A stretch of 64,000 bases of DNA from Candidatus Poseidoniaceae archaeon (GCA_965662895.1 CBFIJH010000005.1:64001-128000), one strand, 5' to 3'; shown: positions 1 through 9,199, counted from the first letter of the stretch. Notes: a model not told the origin generated them from the letters alone. Numbers and translations: made by a program.

Positions 1-173
1 AATGTCCCTTCAATGACGTAAAAGAATTCATCCGTATCCGAGTGATTGTGCCAGACAAAATCACCCTCAACCTTGGCAATCTTGATTTGATAATCGTTCA
101 ATTCGCTGATGATTTTTGGTGTCCAGAGTTCATTGAACAAAGCAAATTTTTCATCCAAATTAATCTTCTTCAT
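1..173 (-). CDS. Cupin-domain protein (partial, runs off the left edge)
   Basis: Translated by hand, not in the ORF track: MKKINLDEKFALFNELWTPKIISELNDYQIKIAKVEGDFVWHNHSDTDEFFYVIEG. Contains the cupin motif WHxH...DE.F.V.EG. Confidence 0.85.
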   Translation of the reverse strand, partial: MKKINLDEKFALFNELWTPKIISELNDYQIKIAKVEGDFVWHNHSDTDEFFYVIEGT

Positions 174-294
174 GTCATTATCTCGTACACTATACTATTG
201 AAAAACTTTCCAGACTCGATTCAGATTCGACTCTCTTACATTTCTTTTCTTTGAGCCAATATTCATCCAACGATGTGGATTAAGTTAGAATACT

Positions 295-314
295 GGGTGT
301 GAATTACCCTCTAT
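295..314. promoter_or_regulatory. Putative operator, copy 1 (GGGTGTGAATTACCCTCTAT), directly before the wHTH start codon
   Basis: 16/20 identical to the reverse complement of 659-678. Has internal GGG-N9-CCC dyad symmetry. Confidence 0.55.
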
Positions 315-659
315 ATGGAACGCAGGCGTCGAGACCTCTCCGTGACCATCTACCGTATCCTCTTGTACCTCTCCAGAATGCGAGAACGCGATGCTGAATC
401 AAAGCGCTTGATGCGTATTGAACGGGCAACAGGTATTGAACGTAAGGAGTTGAAAATCCACCTTGAGAAACTCGTTGATGCGGGCTACGTCAAACAAATT
501 GACTCAGATAAGAAAGGACGGGGAGGTCACCCTATTGTTACCTATGACATTTTAGAATCCGGCCGAAGTTTACGTAGTGACATAGGCCGATGGATCGATT
601 TAGGGATTCGAATGAAATACTATCCAGACAATTTTTTCTATCTTCCGAGTGATGCCTGA
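315..659 (+). CDS. Winged-helix DNA-binding protein / transcriptional regulator
   Basis: 114 aa. HTH-like RIERATGIERKELKIHLEKLVDAGYV followed by a wing GRGGHPIVTYDILESGR. Confidence 0.75.
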   Translation: MERRRRDLSVTIYRILLYLSRMRERDAESKRLMRIERATGIERKELKIHLEKLVDAGYVKQIDSDKKGRGGHPIVTYDILESGRSLRSDIGRWIDLGIRMKYYPDNFFYLPSDA

Positions 660-678
660 TAGCGGGTAATTTAACCCC
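659..678. promoter_or_regulatory. Putative operator, copy 2 (inverted), upstream of the TATA box of the small-protein operon
   Basis: Reverse complement is GGGGTTAAATTACCCGCTAT. TTTATAT lies at about 698-704, roughly 23 nt before ATG 727. Confidence 0.55.
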
Positions 679-726
679 CTAAGAAAACCCTCCTTTGTTT
701 ATATCCATTAGGGCTATCCCAAAATC

Positions 727-1002
727 ATGTCCGGAAAGAAAGCCGTAGACAAGGTCAGCAAAGGACTCGGTTCCTTAATCGATGAATTTGCTTCAGCCGT
801 CAAAGAGATGGTGAACGCTGGAGAAGAAACCGTTGTTCATCTAGCAGTTGGCTCAAGCCGAGTCATCAAGGCTGCCATCGATGCGACAGGTGAAGTGACT
901 AAGATCACCGTAGAAACCGCTGGCAACGTTGTCGGTTCGGTGGCACAAGGTGTGAAGAACGTCGTCGGTTCAAACGGGCAAAAAAAAGGTGAAGAAGAAT
1001 GA
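727..1002 (+). CDS. Small amphipathic-helix protein with 11-residue repeats
   Basis: 91 aa, no Pro/Trp/Cys/Tyr. Repeats: VSKGLGSLIDE / FASAVKEMVNA / GEETVVHLAVG / SSRVIKAAIDA / TGEVTKITVET / AGNVVGSVAQG / VKNVVGS. Confidence 0.8.
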   Translation: MSGKKAVDKVSKGLGSLIDEFASAVKEMVNAGEETVVHLAVGSSRVIKAAIDATGEVTKITVETAGNVVGSVAQGVKNVVGSNGQKKGEEE

Positions 1003-1178
1003 TAGGAAGATTGTTTGCAGCTACAATTGTTGCAGGAACTGTTGGACTAATGGCTGGCGTTGCATCAAGCACATTCCGCCATTATTATCGAAAGCATGCT
1101 GAGTTTGAGGACCTAAAGAACGATTCCATCCAGGAAGTCGTTGTCGTCACTGAATTCGTTGAAGGGGTGGAAGAATGA
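999..1178 (+). CDS. Small hydrophobic GxxxG membrane protein (59 aa, not in the ORF track)
   Basis: MIGRLFAATIVAGTVGLMAGVASSTFRHYYRKHAEFEDLKNDSIQEVVVVTEFVEGVEE. ATGA overlap with the upstream stop; GGTGA ribosome-binding site. Confidence 0.75.
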   Translation: MIGRLFAATIVAGTVGLMAGVASSTFRHYYRKHAEFEDLKNDSIQEVVVVTEFVEGVEE

Positions 1179-1348
1179 TTCCAGTTATTGTTGGTGGACT
1201 TGCAGTTGTCTCAGCAACGCTCAATGTTATGGCTGGAGCAGCAGCAATGGGCTCAGGATACGGAATCGGTCGCAAGTATGGTCGAAAGGTCTGTGAAGCT
1301 CTCGATGGCCTCGATTCAAACATGAAGAACATCCTCAAGAATGAATGA
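1175..1348 (+). CDS. Small glycine-zipper membrane protein (57 aa, not in the ORF track)
   Basis: MIPVIVGGLAVVSATLNVMAGAAAMGSGYGIGRKYGRKVCEALDGLDSNMKNILKNE. ATGA overlap; GGGGTGG ribosome-binding site; G28xxxG32xxxG36. Confidence 0.75.
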   Translation: MIPVIVGGLAVVSATLNVMAGAAAMGSGYGIGRKYGRKVCEALDGLDSNMKNILKNE

Positions 1349-1389
1349 GTTTAGCGATTTATTCATGAATCGTAGGGGGATGGGCAATT

Positions 1390-2202
1390 GTGTCTGACCC
1401 ACTCCAAATCCCTTCCTTTCCGCCAGAAGGACCTTGGGAAATGTACGTTCTCGTACTGATCTGGTTACCATTTCTGTTCAGAACATTGTTGCTTACCAGA
1501 CCATTGTATCGAGTCATCAAGAAATTCGCTCCTCATGGAGGGTGGGCTATTCGGCAACTACGCGAATTACCGATCAAAGGACTCTCAATTCTGGTTCTCA
1601 ATGAATCTCTAGCATTTATGCTACCACCATTGACTGTTATCCTCTTCAGATTGAGGTTTGATCCAATCGGTTGGGATACTTGGGGAGAAGCAGGTTTCCT
1701 TGGATTTCTTCTTCTCTTGATTTTCTTCTCATTGTGGATTGTTTTTGATGCATTTAGAATTTTTCGGGTTCGAAGAATGCTGATATCTGTTGATCGATAC
1801 GATGTTGACAAATTGAAGAAAATCGCAGACGTAGGGATCAAAACTCGAAGATTTTTCAGGCGATTCTCAAGGAAAGAAACTGAGGATGGAGATGAAACAA
1901 CGGCAGTTGATGCTGCCTCTCGAGTTGGTAAACGAAGCGCAAAGGTGTGGGGACTTCGTGTACTGAAGATGCGGAAATTGAGCCCTGCTGGATTGCTTAG
2001 TTCAGTAGCTGTTGGGGCAGCAATCGAGGCTGCAAGGGCAGGAGCAGGAAAAGTGTCTGATATCATCGATGAAAAAATGCAGGAAGAATTTGACAAAGTG
2101 GCAAAAACAAGCACAAAGTCACTCCTGATTCTCTTCTTGAGAGATTTAGCGATGGCAGTATCCCCTTTGTTACTGTTCGCCGTTCTACCAATCATCCTTT
2201 GA
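1390..2202 (+). CDS. Hypothetical multi-pass membrane protein
   Basis: 270 aa, GTG start. Three to four hydrophobic segments around a long basic, amphipathic loop. Confidence 0.7.
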   Translation: MSDPLQIPSFPPEGPWEMYVLVLIWLPFLFRTLLLTRPLYRVIKKFAPHGGWAIRQLRELPIKGLSILVLNESLAFMLPPLTVILFRLRFDPIGWDTWGEAGFLGFLLLLIFFSLWIVFDAFRIFRVRRMLISVDRYDVDKLKKIADVGIKTRRFFRRFSRKETEDGDETTAVDAASRVGKRSAKVWGLRVLKMRKLSPAGLLSSVAVGAAIEAARAGAGKVSDIIDEKMQEEFDKVAKTSTKSLLILFLRDLAMAVSPLLLFAVLPIIL

Positions 2203-2250
2203 CCGATGCACAATAGAAAGAACTTAGGAATCAGCGTCGCTGTATGAGTC

Positions 2251-2793
2251 ATGTCCCAACTGACAACGGGTGACCTGGCACCTACGCTTTCCTTACCAGC
2301 GATCGATGGCTCAACTTTCAACATGGCCGAAATGAAAGGAAAACGTGTTATTCTGACGTTTTTTAGGTTCTCATCGTGCCCATTGTGCAACATGCGCATT
2401 CGCCGCATTATCCAACGATGGGATGAGTTCTCTGAGGATACCGTCATGGTCGCAGTTTTTGATGCGAAGATCGGGGAACTTCAGAAACGAATGCGAAAGC
2501 ACAATGCTCCTTTTGTTGTGGTTGCTGATGAGACGTATGAGCATTTTCAAAACAACGGTGTCAAAAAGTCGTTTTTCAAATTCTTGTGGGGAGCGATGCG
2601 TTCGCCATTGACACTGCTGCAAGCTACATTGAGAGGCTATGTTCCGCTGACTCTATCCATCTCCAAGTTATCAACCATTCCTGTTGACATTCTTATCGAT
2701 GAAGAAGGCACCGTCGTTGAGGCTCATTATTGCAAGGACACTGCAGACCATCTTCCACTTGAGAAAATGATTGCTTTTTCCAACGGTGCGTAG
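2251..2793 (+). CDS. AhpC/TSA (peroxiredoxin-like) thioredoxin-fold protein
   Basis: GDLAPTLSLPAIDG N-terminus, FFRFSSCPLC (CxxC), ILIDEEG. Confidence 0.85.
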   Translation: MSQLTTGDLAPTLSLPAIDGSTFNMAEMKGKRVILTFFRFSSCPLCNMRIRRIIQRWDEFSEDTVMVAVFDAKIGELQKRMRKHNAPFVVVADETYEHFQNNGVKKSFFKFLWGAMRSPLTLLQATLRGYVPLTLSISKLSTIPVDILIDEEGTVVEAHYCKDTADHLPLEKMIAFSNGA

Positions 2794-2870
2794 AACCACA
2801 TTCTTTAGATAATTGTTCGATTTAGTCTTGAGCAGCCACACCCGTGAAGTGAAGCAATTGGAGGGATTGA

Positions 2871-3833
2871 ATGAGAAATCGAGGGAAGATTCTTTTTGTT
2901 ATTTTTTCTCTTTTTTCTGTTTCACTTTCCGGGTGCATTGAAACTTCAGGAGTCCCAAAAACGGAATCGCAAGGCGAATCATTGGCCGAAGTCGCAAATC
3001 CATGTCTGATACCGACTGAATCAAATCTCCAATCTATGATTGGAATTACCGTTGACGGAGAGGAACGACTCTTCAGATTGTCCGTCCCAAATTCAGATGC
3101 TGGGACCAAGCTCCCAATCATCATTGCATTCCATGGCGGAGATGGGGCAAACGAAGACTTCCAGCAACAAAACGAATTCGACCAATTGGGTGAACAGGAG
3201 AAGTTCATCATGGCTTATGCTATTGCAGAAAGCGACCGAACTGCAGCAGAAGGCGAATGGTTCCTCAACACGGCGGCGACGTCGAGAGAAGACAACAACT
3301 TCGCAGAGGCCATCGTTGATGAATTGTCCAATGTCTTTTGTGTTGACCAAGACCGATTGTATGCCATTGGATATTCATTGGGATCGATGTTCACGTACGA
3401 AGTTGCTTGTCAACTCAATGACCGATTTGCAGCAGTTGCGTCGTTTGCGGGTACAATGCCAGTAAGCCCAGAATCATGCAGTTTGGCAGGTTCAATGGCA
3501 GTTCTTCACATCCACGGTAAACTTGACTACATCATCGATTATGATGAGGATTGGGATTGGAAAGATGGTGAACATGAAGGGGTTGGAACCATGAGTAATG
3601 TACCCGGTATGATCGATTTCTGGGCTCAAAAGTCAAATTGTCAGGATGAGAGTACCCCTTCTCACCTCTTTGGTGGCGATGATGTCGAACACATTGTTCA
3701 CTCCGATTGTCTCGGAAACGTACGTATTGAACACTATGGAATGGAAGCGCACGAACATACATGGCCCAGTCAAGTGGATGGAACAGATACCTACCGACTG
3801 ATGTGGAATTTCTTGAGCGATTTTACGAATTGA
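2871..3833 (+). CDS. Secreted lipoprotein alpha/beta-hydrolase, PHB-depolymerase/LpqC-like esterase
   Basis: Lipobox LSGC, IAFHGG, nucleophile elbow GYSLG, HIHGKLD, catalytic His in HTWP. Confidence 0.8.
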   Translation: MRNRGKILFVIFSLFSVSLSGCIETSGVPKTESQGESLAEVANPCLIPTESNLQSMIGITVDGEERLFRLSVPNSDAGTKLPIIIAFHGGDGANEDFQQQNEFDQLGEQEKFIMAYAIAESDRTAAEGEWFLNTAATSREDNNFAEAIVDELSNVFCVDQDRLYAIGYSLGSMFTYEVACQLNDRFAAVASFAGTMPVSPESCSLAGSMAVLHIHGKLDYIIDYDEDWDWKDGEHEGVGTMSNVPGMIDFWAQKSNCQDESTPSHLFGGDDVEHIVHSDCLGNVRIEHYGMEAHEHTWPSQVDGTDTYRLMWNFLSDFTN

Positions 3834-3929
3834 TCTTGTTCTATATTCACCCAGTAGCGTCCGTATCGACCAACTAAATCCCCTTTGTATTCCCCCTCAT
3901 GACAAGGGTAGCCTCTGAAAATTCCATGA

Positions 3930-4172
3930 CTAGACTATGCTCAACCCTTCAAGGGTTAACCAAACGCCGAGAGTCAGGAAGAGAATGATCATGCTCGCGA
4001 AAAAGATTGGACCTTCGGAAGCAGAAACCCATCGGCCGCCTTTGTTTGTCCAATTTTGTTTCCAAAACCCACCTTTGACGAATAGACCGTATGCAAGATA
4101 TGCAAGAAGGACCAAACCCGAAATCAGAGGTTCTGAATGTATCTCCATGACTTCTATCCATCCCATTCCCAA
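3930..4172 (-). CDS. Small hypothetical two-TM membrane protein
   Basis: 80 aa. Two hydrophobic helices flank a KGGFWKQNWTNKGGRW loop. Confidence 0.55.
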   Translation of the reverse strand: MGMGWIEVMEIHSEPLISGLVLLAYLAYGLFVKGGFWKQNWTNKGGRWVSASEGPIFFASMIILFLTLGVWLTLEGLSIV

Positions 4173-4269
4173 AATAACTTTTGCCAGGAATTGAGCATCA
4201 ATTCTGTTTGTTATATTGCATCACTGCATTTGAACAACCCTATTTACAACAAATTGCGTTATCCATACC

Positions 4270-5133
4270 ATGCGTCGTCGGGGTATTCACGAGGTTTTTC
4301 TCGGTTCATCGACGGATGCCCTTTTGAGACGTCTAGCGGTTAATGCTGCAATTGTTGGGTTCTTGCTCCATCTCTTGTGTTGTGTACTTTACGATGTAGG
4401 CGTTCTCAAAGAATCTGGAATCGAGACGTTCGTTGACTCGTATCTTGATGCCTTGTACACACCGTTTTCAATTATTCTTGCTTACGAAGTGTACGAACTC
4501 ATTCGAGCGATTCCGGAATCGTTCTCGAACTCCATTGGTAAGCAATTTGAAGTCGTTACGCTTCTTGTTGTTCGCGACATCTTCAAGAATTTGGCGGATC
4601 TTGGCGCATCCGAAGATGTCTCCATCGACGCTGATGTTGCCTTTATTGCAATGGAAGCTGTTGCCTTCGTTGTGCTCTTCGGAACGGCGTTGTATTTCCG
4701 TTCAACAACCGCAACTTCGAAAACTCCCCGGCTTCAAGACGACTCTGTTCAAACATTTGTTCAGCAAAAGAAGCATCTCGCATGTGCACTGGTCGCTGTG
4801 TATGTCCTCGTTGCTTTGTATTCCTTTACGACATGGTTGACAGGTGTCATTGATGGTGAAGCAGGTTTGAGCAGGACGGTGTTCTTCTCGGATTTCTTCA
4901 CGTGGCTGATCGTTTCAGACATCGTAATTTTGTTGGTCTCGTATCGGCACATTACCGATTTTCCTCAACTTGCTCGCAATACTGGATTTATTCTTTCGAC
5001 CGTGATTATACGTGTTGGAATTGGAATCCCTGGCTTTACTGGAGCCATTCTGTTCATTCTTTCTGCAGCACTTGCATCTTGCGTTCTCCGATTAAGCTTC
5101 CACTCTTCTCCCTTCGTCGAGTCAGAAGAATAA
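4270..5133 (+). CDS. Hypothetical integral membrane protein (about 8 TM)
   Basis: 287 aa. Conserved-looking motifs ALYTPFSIILAYEVY, SIGKQFE, RDIFK, RNTGF. Confidence 0.75.
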   Translation: MRRRGIHEVFLGSSTDALLRRLAVNAAIVGFLLHLLCCVLYDVGVLKESGIETFVDSYLDALYTPFSIILAYEVYELIRAIPESFSNSIGKQFEVVTLLVVRDIFKNLADLGASEDVSIDADVAFIAMEAVAFVVLFGTALYFRSTTATSKTPRLQDDSVQTFVQQKKHLACALVAVYVLVALYSFTTWLTGVIDGEAGLSRTVFFSDFFTWLIVSDIVILLVSYRHITDFPQLARNTGFILSTVIIRVGIGIPGFTGAILFILSAALASCVLRLSFHSSPFVESEE

Positions 5134-5207
5134 CTGCATTCATGAGAGCAACTCAAGTTTGCACTGACTTGGCAACATATCATATGTGTGAAATTTGAGG
5201 TCCTGTT

Positions 5208-7931
5208 ATGCTGAAGCAACGGACCGTTGTGTTAACACTCTTGTTGCTTCTTACCTTCGTTCCGTCCTATGCGACTGAAGGGACTGAAGATGAAATTGTT
5301 GAAAAGTTCGGTGTTGGATTCGATGAAGTAACCATTGCAGATTCCTCGGACTATCTCAACGATCCGCGAGATTTGGAATTCCATCCAGGTCGCGCCAATG
5401 AGTTGTGGATCGCCAATCGAGCGACAGACAGCATTACCATCGTTGAAAACACGGGATTGTCGAATCAAACCTCTCAAAATCGAGCAGATTCAAACAGGAA
5501 TCATTTCTTGGAAGAAGTGAGTGCGATTTCCTTCGGCGCCTATCATCCTGAATTCGATTGGCAATGGGGTTCTGCCCAAGAAACTGGAAACACCTACTGC
5601 GGTCAAGCCCCTGCGAATTATTTCATGGGTCCGACTCTTTGGCCATCATCGTTGAATCATTTTGCTGTTGAGAACCAAAACAACGGCAATGGGCTCCTTG
5701 GTAGCCACATCGATATGAACCATGAATCGCCATTCGGTGTTGGGATTGCACACGATTATGACAACGTTTACTGGTACAACGATGGCTACTACGGCGAACT
5801 GGTTCGATACGATTTCAAAGAAGATCACGATACGGGCCAAGACGATCATTCCGATGCTGTCGTGCGTCGTTACACGGAAATTAGTCTCACACACTTCTAC
5901 GGTATTCCAGGCCACATGGTGATGGACAAATCGAATGGAATGCTTTACATCGCAGACGCTGGAGCAAACCGTGTTCTTTGGGTCAATACTGACGATACGA
6001 CAACCACATCGACCAATATCATGGACGATGCCTCGCGATTGGAACCGCTTGCAGAGTACTCAGAAATCACCGACGTTGAATGGGGGGTTCTTGCAACTGG
6101 ACTCAACCTCCCATCAGGAATAGCACTCGCAGACGGCCAGCTCTTTGTCTCAGAGAACGGGAACGGCAAGATTGTCGCTTACGAACTGGCTTCCGATGGA
6201 AAGAGCGCTGTTGAACTTGACGAAATCCAGACGACTGCTACGTCCATCATGGGATTGGAAGTTGGACCAAATGGACATCTCTACTATGTTGATAATGGTC
6301 AAGATAAGGTCGTTCGAATCGACCCTTACACCGATGAAGACGATGATGGTGTCGGCGATCAAGTCGACAATTGTCCGAGCATCGCAAATCCGTTGCAAGC
6401 CAACTTTGACAACGATTCAATGGGAGATGTTTGCGATTCCGATGACGACAATGACTCGGTGCTGGATGTTGACGACCAATGCATCCTCGGCCAACTCGAC
6501 TGGACGTCAACGATACTGAACGATCATGATGGAGACGGATGTCTCGATGCGACGGAAGACTTGGATGATGACAACGATGGTGTTGCTGATCCCTCCGACC
6601 TATGCTCCACAGGTGACTTGGGATGGACCTCATCACCCTCAACCGATTACGATGGGGATGGATGCCAGGATGCACTGGAGGATGTTGATGATGACAACGA
6701 CAGAGTTTGCGATGCAAGTGATCTGAGCAGCTCTTGGGCTTGTACACCATCGACTGCGAACGTCGATCTCTGCCCTCAAAGCTCTCTCGGTTTCTTCTCA
6801 AACAATCAAAACGACGTTGATGGTGACGGTTGTGAAGATGCCACTGAAGATACGGACGACGACAACGATGGTTTTGCTGATGACGTTGATGCTTGTCCAT
6901 TGGATGCAGGAACAAGTTCGCTTGGTTTTGTTGTTGGTTGCAGCGATTACGATTCCGATGGGTACAGTGATTCCATCGATTTGTTCCCGACAGAGTCGAC
7001 ACAGTGGTTGGATTCAGATGGTGATGGATACGGTGACAATCCAGATGGTTTCGAAGCAGACGCCTGCGCAAACGAATCAGGGCAGTCAACTGCGGATTCA
7101 TTTGGATGTCCCGATGCGGACGGTGACGGTTGGTCGAATCTCAACGATGCTTTCCCGAACGAAGTAACCCAACATTCTGATGAAGATGGTGATGGCTTTG
7201 GAGATGCCACGGACGGCTTTCAAGGGGACGACTGTCTCGGTGTTCCTGGAACATCAACAAAGGACTTCTTTGGATGCTTGGACCCGGATGGTGACGGATG
7301 GTCGGATTTGAACGATGCCTTCCCTCAAGAACCAACACAACATACTGACGCTGATGGAGATGGTTACGGTGATAATGCAGAGGGAAATCTTCCAGATAGT
7401 TGCCCAGAACTGTACGGTCTTTCTTCCATCGATCGGTATGGTTGTCCAGATAGCGATGGTGACGGGTGGGAGGATCGCTCCGATGCATACGTAAATGACG
7501 CTCGACTTTGGTCCGATAGAGATGGTGATGGCTATGCCGGCCAACAAGGAACAAATCTTTCCGATGATTGTCCTGAGACGTATGGCACATCAATTCTTGA
7601 TTTCCGAGGGTGCTTGGATTCTGATGGTGATGGCTGGTCCGATAAGACCGATGCGTATCCAAACGATGCGTCGAAGTATCTCGCTTCAGAAGAGGCACCA
7701 GAAGACAACGACTTCACGCTCCTAGGTCTTGGAATCGGAGTACTTGTTCTCGTGTTCCTCATGTTTGCTATCATGCGTAGGAAGACAACAGTAGAGCCAG
7801 AGTTTGGCTTCGCAGCCCCTCCAATTCCACAACCGCTTCCACGTGCACCGCCGCTTCCTCCAGAAGGCTTGCCAGCTGGTTGGACGATGGAGCAATGGAT
7901 GGTCTATGGCGAGGATTATCAAAAACCGTAA
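5208..7931 (+). CDS. Membrane-anchored surface protein: His-rich beta-propeller (NHL-like) head, TSP3 repeat stalk, TM helix, Pro/Trp-rich tail
   Basis: Signal peptide; blades PRDLEF / PFGVGIA / PSGIAL; many DxDxDG..D.CP repeats; TM LLGLGIGVLVLVFLMFAIM; tail PPLPPEGLPAGWTMEQW. Confidence 0.85.
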   Translation: MLKQRTVVLTLLLLLTFVPSYATEGTEDEIVEKFGVGFDEVTIADSSDYLNDPRDLEFHPGRANELWIANRATDSITIVENTGLSNQTSQNRADSNRNHFLEEVSAISFGAYHPEFDWQWGSAQETGNTYCGQAPANYFMGPTLWPSSLNHFAVENQNNGNGLLGSHIDMNHESPFGVGIAHDYDNVYWYNDGYYGELVRYDFKEDHDTGQDDHSDAVVRRYTEISLTHFYGIPGHMVMDKSNGMLYIADAGANRVLWVNTDDTTTTSTNIMDDASRLEPLAEYSEITDVEWGVLATGLNLPSGIALADGQLFVSENGNGKIVAYELASDGKSAVELDEIQTTATSIMGLEVGPNGHLYYVDNGQDKVVRIDPYTDEDDDGVGDQVDNCPSIANPLQANFDNDSMGDVCDSDDDNDSVLDVDDQCILGQLDWTSTILNDHDGDGCLDATEDLDDDNDGVADPSDLCSTGDLGWTSSPSTDYDGDGCQDALEDVDDDNDRVCDASDLSSSWACTPSTANVDLCPQSSLGFFSNNQNDVDGDGCEDATEDTDDDNDGFADDVDACPLDAGTSSLGFVVGCSDYDSDGYSDSIDLFPTESTQWLDSDGDGYGDNPDGFEADACANESGQSTADSFGCPDADGDGWSNLNDAFPNEVTQHSDEDGDGFGDATDGFQGDDCLGVPGTSTKDFFGCLDPDGDGWSDLNDAFPQEPTQHTDADGDGYGDNAEGNLPDSCPELYGLSSIDRYGCPDSDGDGWEDRSDAYVNDARLWSDRDGDGYAGQQGTNLSDDCPETYGTSILDFRGCLDSDGDGWSDKTDAYPNDASKYLASEEAPEDNDFTLLGLGIGVLVLVFLMFAIMRRKTTVEPEFGFAAPPIPQPLPRAPPLPPEGLPAGWTMEQWMVYGEDYQKP

Positions 7932-7961
7932 TTGCATCGAAACAAATCGATTATGACGATT

Positions 7962-8363
7962 CTAAACGTTCTCATTTTCCTGTGTAGGGGCTTGCACAAC
8001 GACATAGGATTTGCTCTTTTTTGCAGAAATAATGGATTTAATCCCAACAACAAAGAACGCAATTGAAGAGAGCAAATGCAACAACATAATCCAAATGAGA
8101 TCATTTCGAACGCCAATGATGTTTATTCCTACAGCGACCGTTCCTAATGCGGCAAATCCTCCAATGATGACAACAAATGGCCTAGTCACTGGGAAAATCA
8201 CCAAAACAAAACCTATGATGTACAAAGGTGCGCAAATTAACGAAAATAATGTTGCTCCAAAGACTCCACAAGAGTCCGCATCTGCGCACATTGCACTTGC
8301 AGGTTGAGCTGTAAGCGTTAGAGCGCACAGGCCACTGATAAGTAGCAAAGATAACTTCTTCAC
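7962..8363 (-). CDS. Hypothetical membrane protein
   Basis: 133 aa. Signal-like N-terminus plus three TM segments. Confidence 0.65.
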   Translation of the reverse strand: MKKLSLLLISGLCALTLTAQPASAMCADADSCGVFGATLFSLICAPLYIIGFVLVIFPVTRPFVVIIGGFAALGTVAVGINIIGVRNDLIWIMLLHLLSSIAFFVVGIKSIISAKKSKSYVVVQAPTQENENV

Positions 8364-8474
8364 GAATATTTTTTACAATCTTAGCAAATAAGTATATTCC
8401 CAAATTATTGAATTGGATGTCAAATATGGCGGAACATTACAATCGCTAAAGTACTACAAGTTCCTAGTTTAATC

Positions 8475-8873
8475 ATGAGCAAGAAATTCTTCATCAAAAT
8501 CGTAACTGACCCAGACGTTGATCTCCGCAAGTGTGTTGTTGGTGTTGCTTGCGCAGCCCAAGCCATCAACGATGGCCATGACGTTGCCGTCTTCTTTGCA
8601 GCAGACGGAGTAAAGATGATCCACACTGATTACATCAAGGGACTCAATGAACAAGGAAACTTTCCAGATGGAATGATTTACAATATGCTGAACGTTATCA
8701 CAGAAGGAGCATCCAAGATTTACTGTTCAACAGGTTCTCAAGCAGCCAATGGTGTCACAAAACAGAACGCAGATGAAATCCTCCTTGAAGGCTACTCAGA
8801 GTGGATGACGTGGAGCGGGCCTCCCGGTGTAATTGAGCTCAGTGCTGCATCCGATGTCCAACTCGTCTACTAG
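8475..8873 (+). CDS. DsrE/F-family protein
   Basis: GHDVAVFFAADGVK, GASKIYC, ELSAASDVQLVY C-terminus; 132 aa. Confidence 0.8.
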   Translation: MSKKFFIKIVTDPDVDLRKCVVGVACAAQAINDGHDVAVFFAADGVKMIHTDYIKGLNEQGNFPDGMIYNMLNVITEGASKIYCSTGSQAANGVTKQNADEILLEGYSEWMTWSGPPGVIELSAASDVQLVY

Positions 8874-9199
8874 TTTGAGTTCGACTTGATCGAGAGAATC
8901 TCCTCGGGAATTCTGTAGGTGTAAAGGAAATCTTTTCCAATGAGCGTTAGCGATTCGAGTGAATCATCGAATGCAACTTGGTGAAACGTTGAGCCAAGAT
9001 TGTGTAGTGGCATGTTTGCTGCCATCTTTCCTTGCCTTGAGAGCGAAATTCCAGTAACAACATATGGTTCAATGGAGTTGAATAGCAAGATTTCCTCTGA
9101 AGTTTCGATTCGTCCCAATCCTTGAAACATCCTGACAAAATATTCACTGATTTTGTCCCATTGTTCGATGGAGAAGTTCATGGTTAAACCATCATCCAT
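8870..9199 (-). CDS. Hypothetical protein
   Basis: ORF trimmed to ATG 9199 to avoid overlap with gpmA. Contains ANMPLH and YTYRIP motifs. Confidence 0.6.
   Translation of the reverse strand: MDDGLTMNFSIEQWDKISEYFVRMFQGLGRIETSEEILLFNSIEPYVVTGISLSRQGKMAANMPLHNLGSTFHQVAFDDSLESLTLIGKDFLYTYRIPEEILSIKSNSN

Noticed and set aside
1147-1338. 63-aa minus-strand ORF in the track
   Set aside because: Antisense to the 1175-1348 peptide, which has a ribosome-binding site and ATGA coupling.
727-1348. Naming the small proteins as ferrosome, chlorosome, magnetosome or gas-vesicle genes
   Set aside because: Only compositional resemblance; no P1B-ATPase, Csm, Mam or GvpA signature in the window.
1533-2447. 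304-aa minus-strand ORF
   Set aside because: Antisense shadow of two well-formed plus-strand genes; no motifs.
6247-7698. His/Arg-rich long antisense ORFs (also 52306-54376 and 61165-62427) and the 319-aa alternative-frame ORF 53155-54114
   Set aside because: By-products of GAT/GAC/GGT-rich TSP3 codons, which lack stops in other frames.
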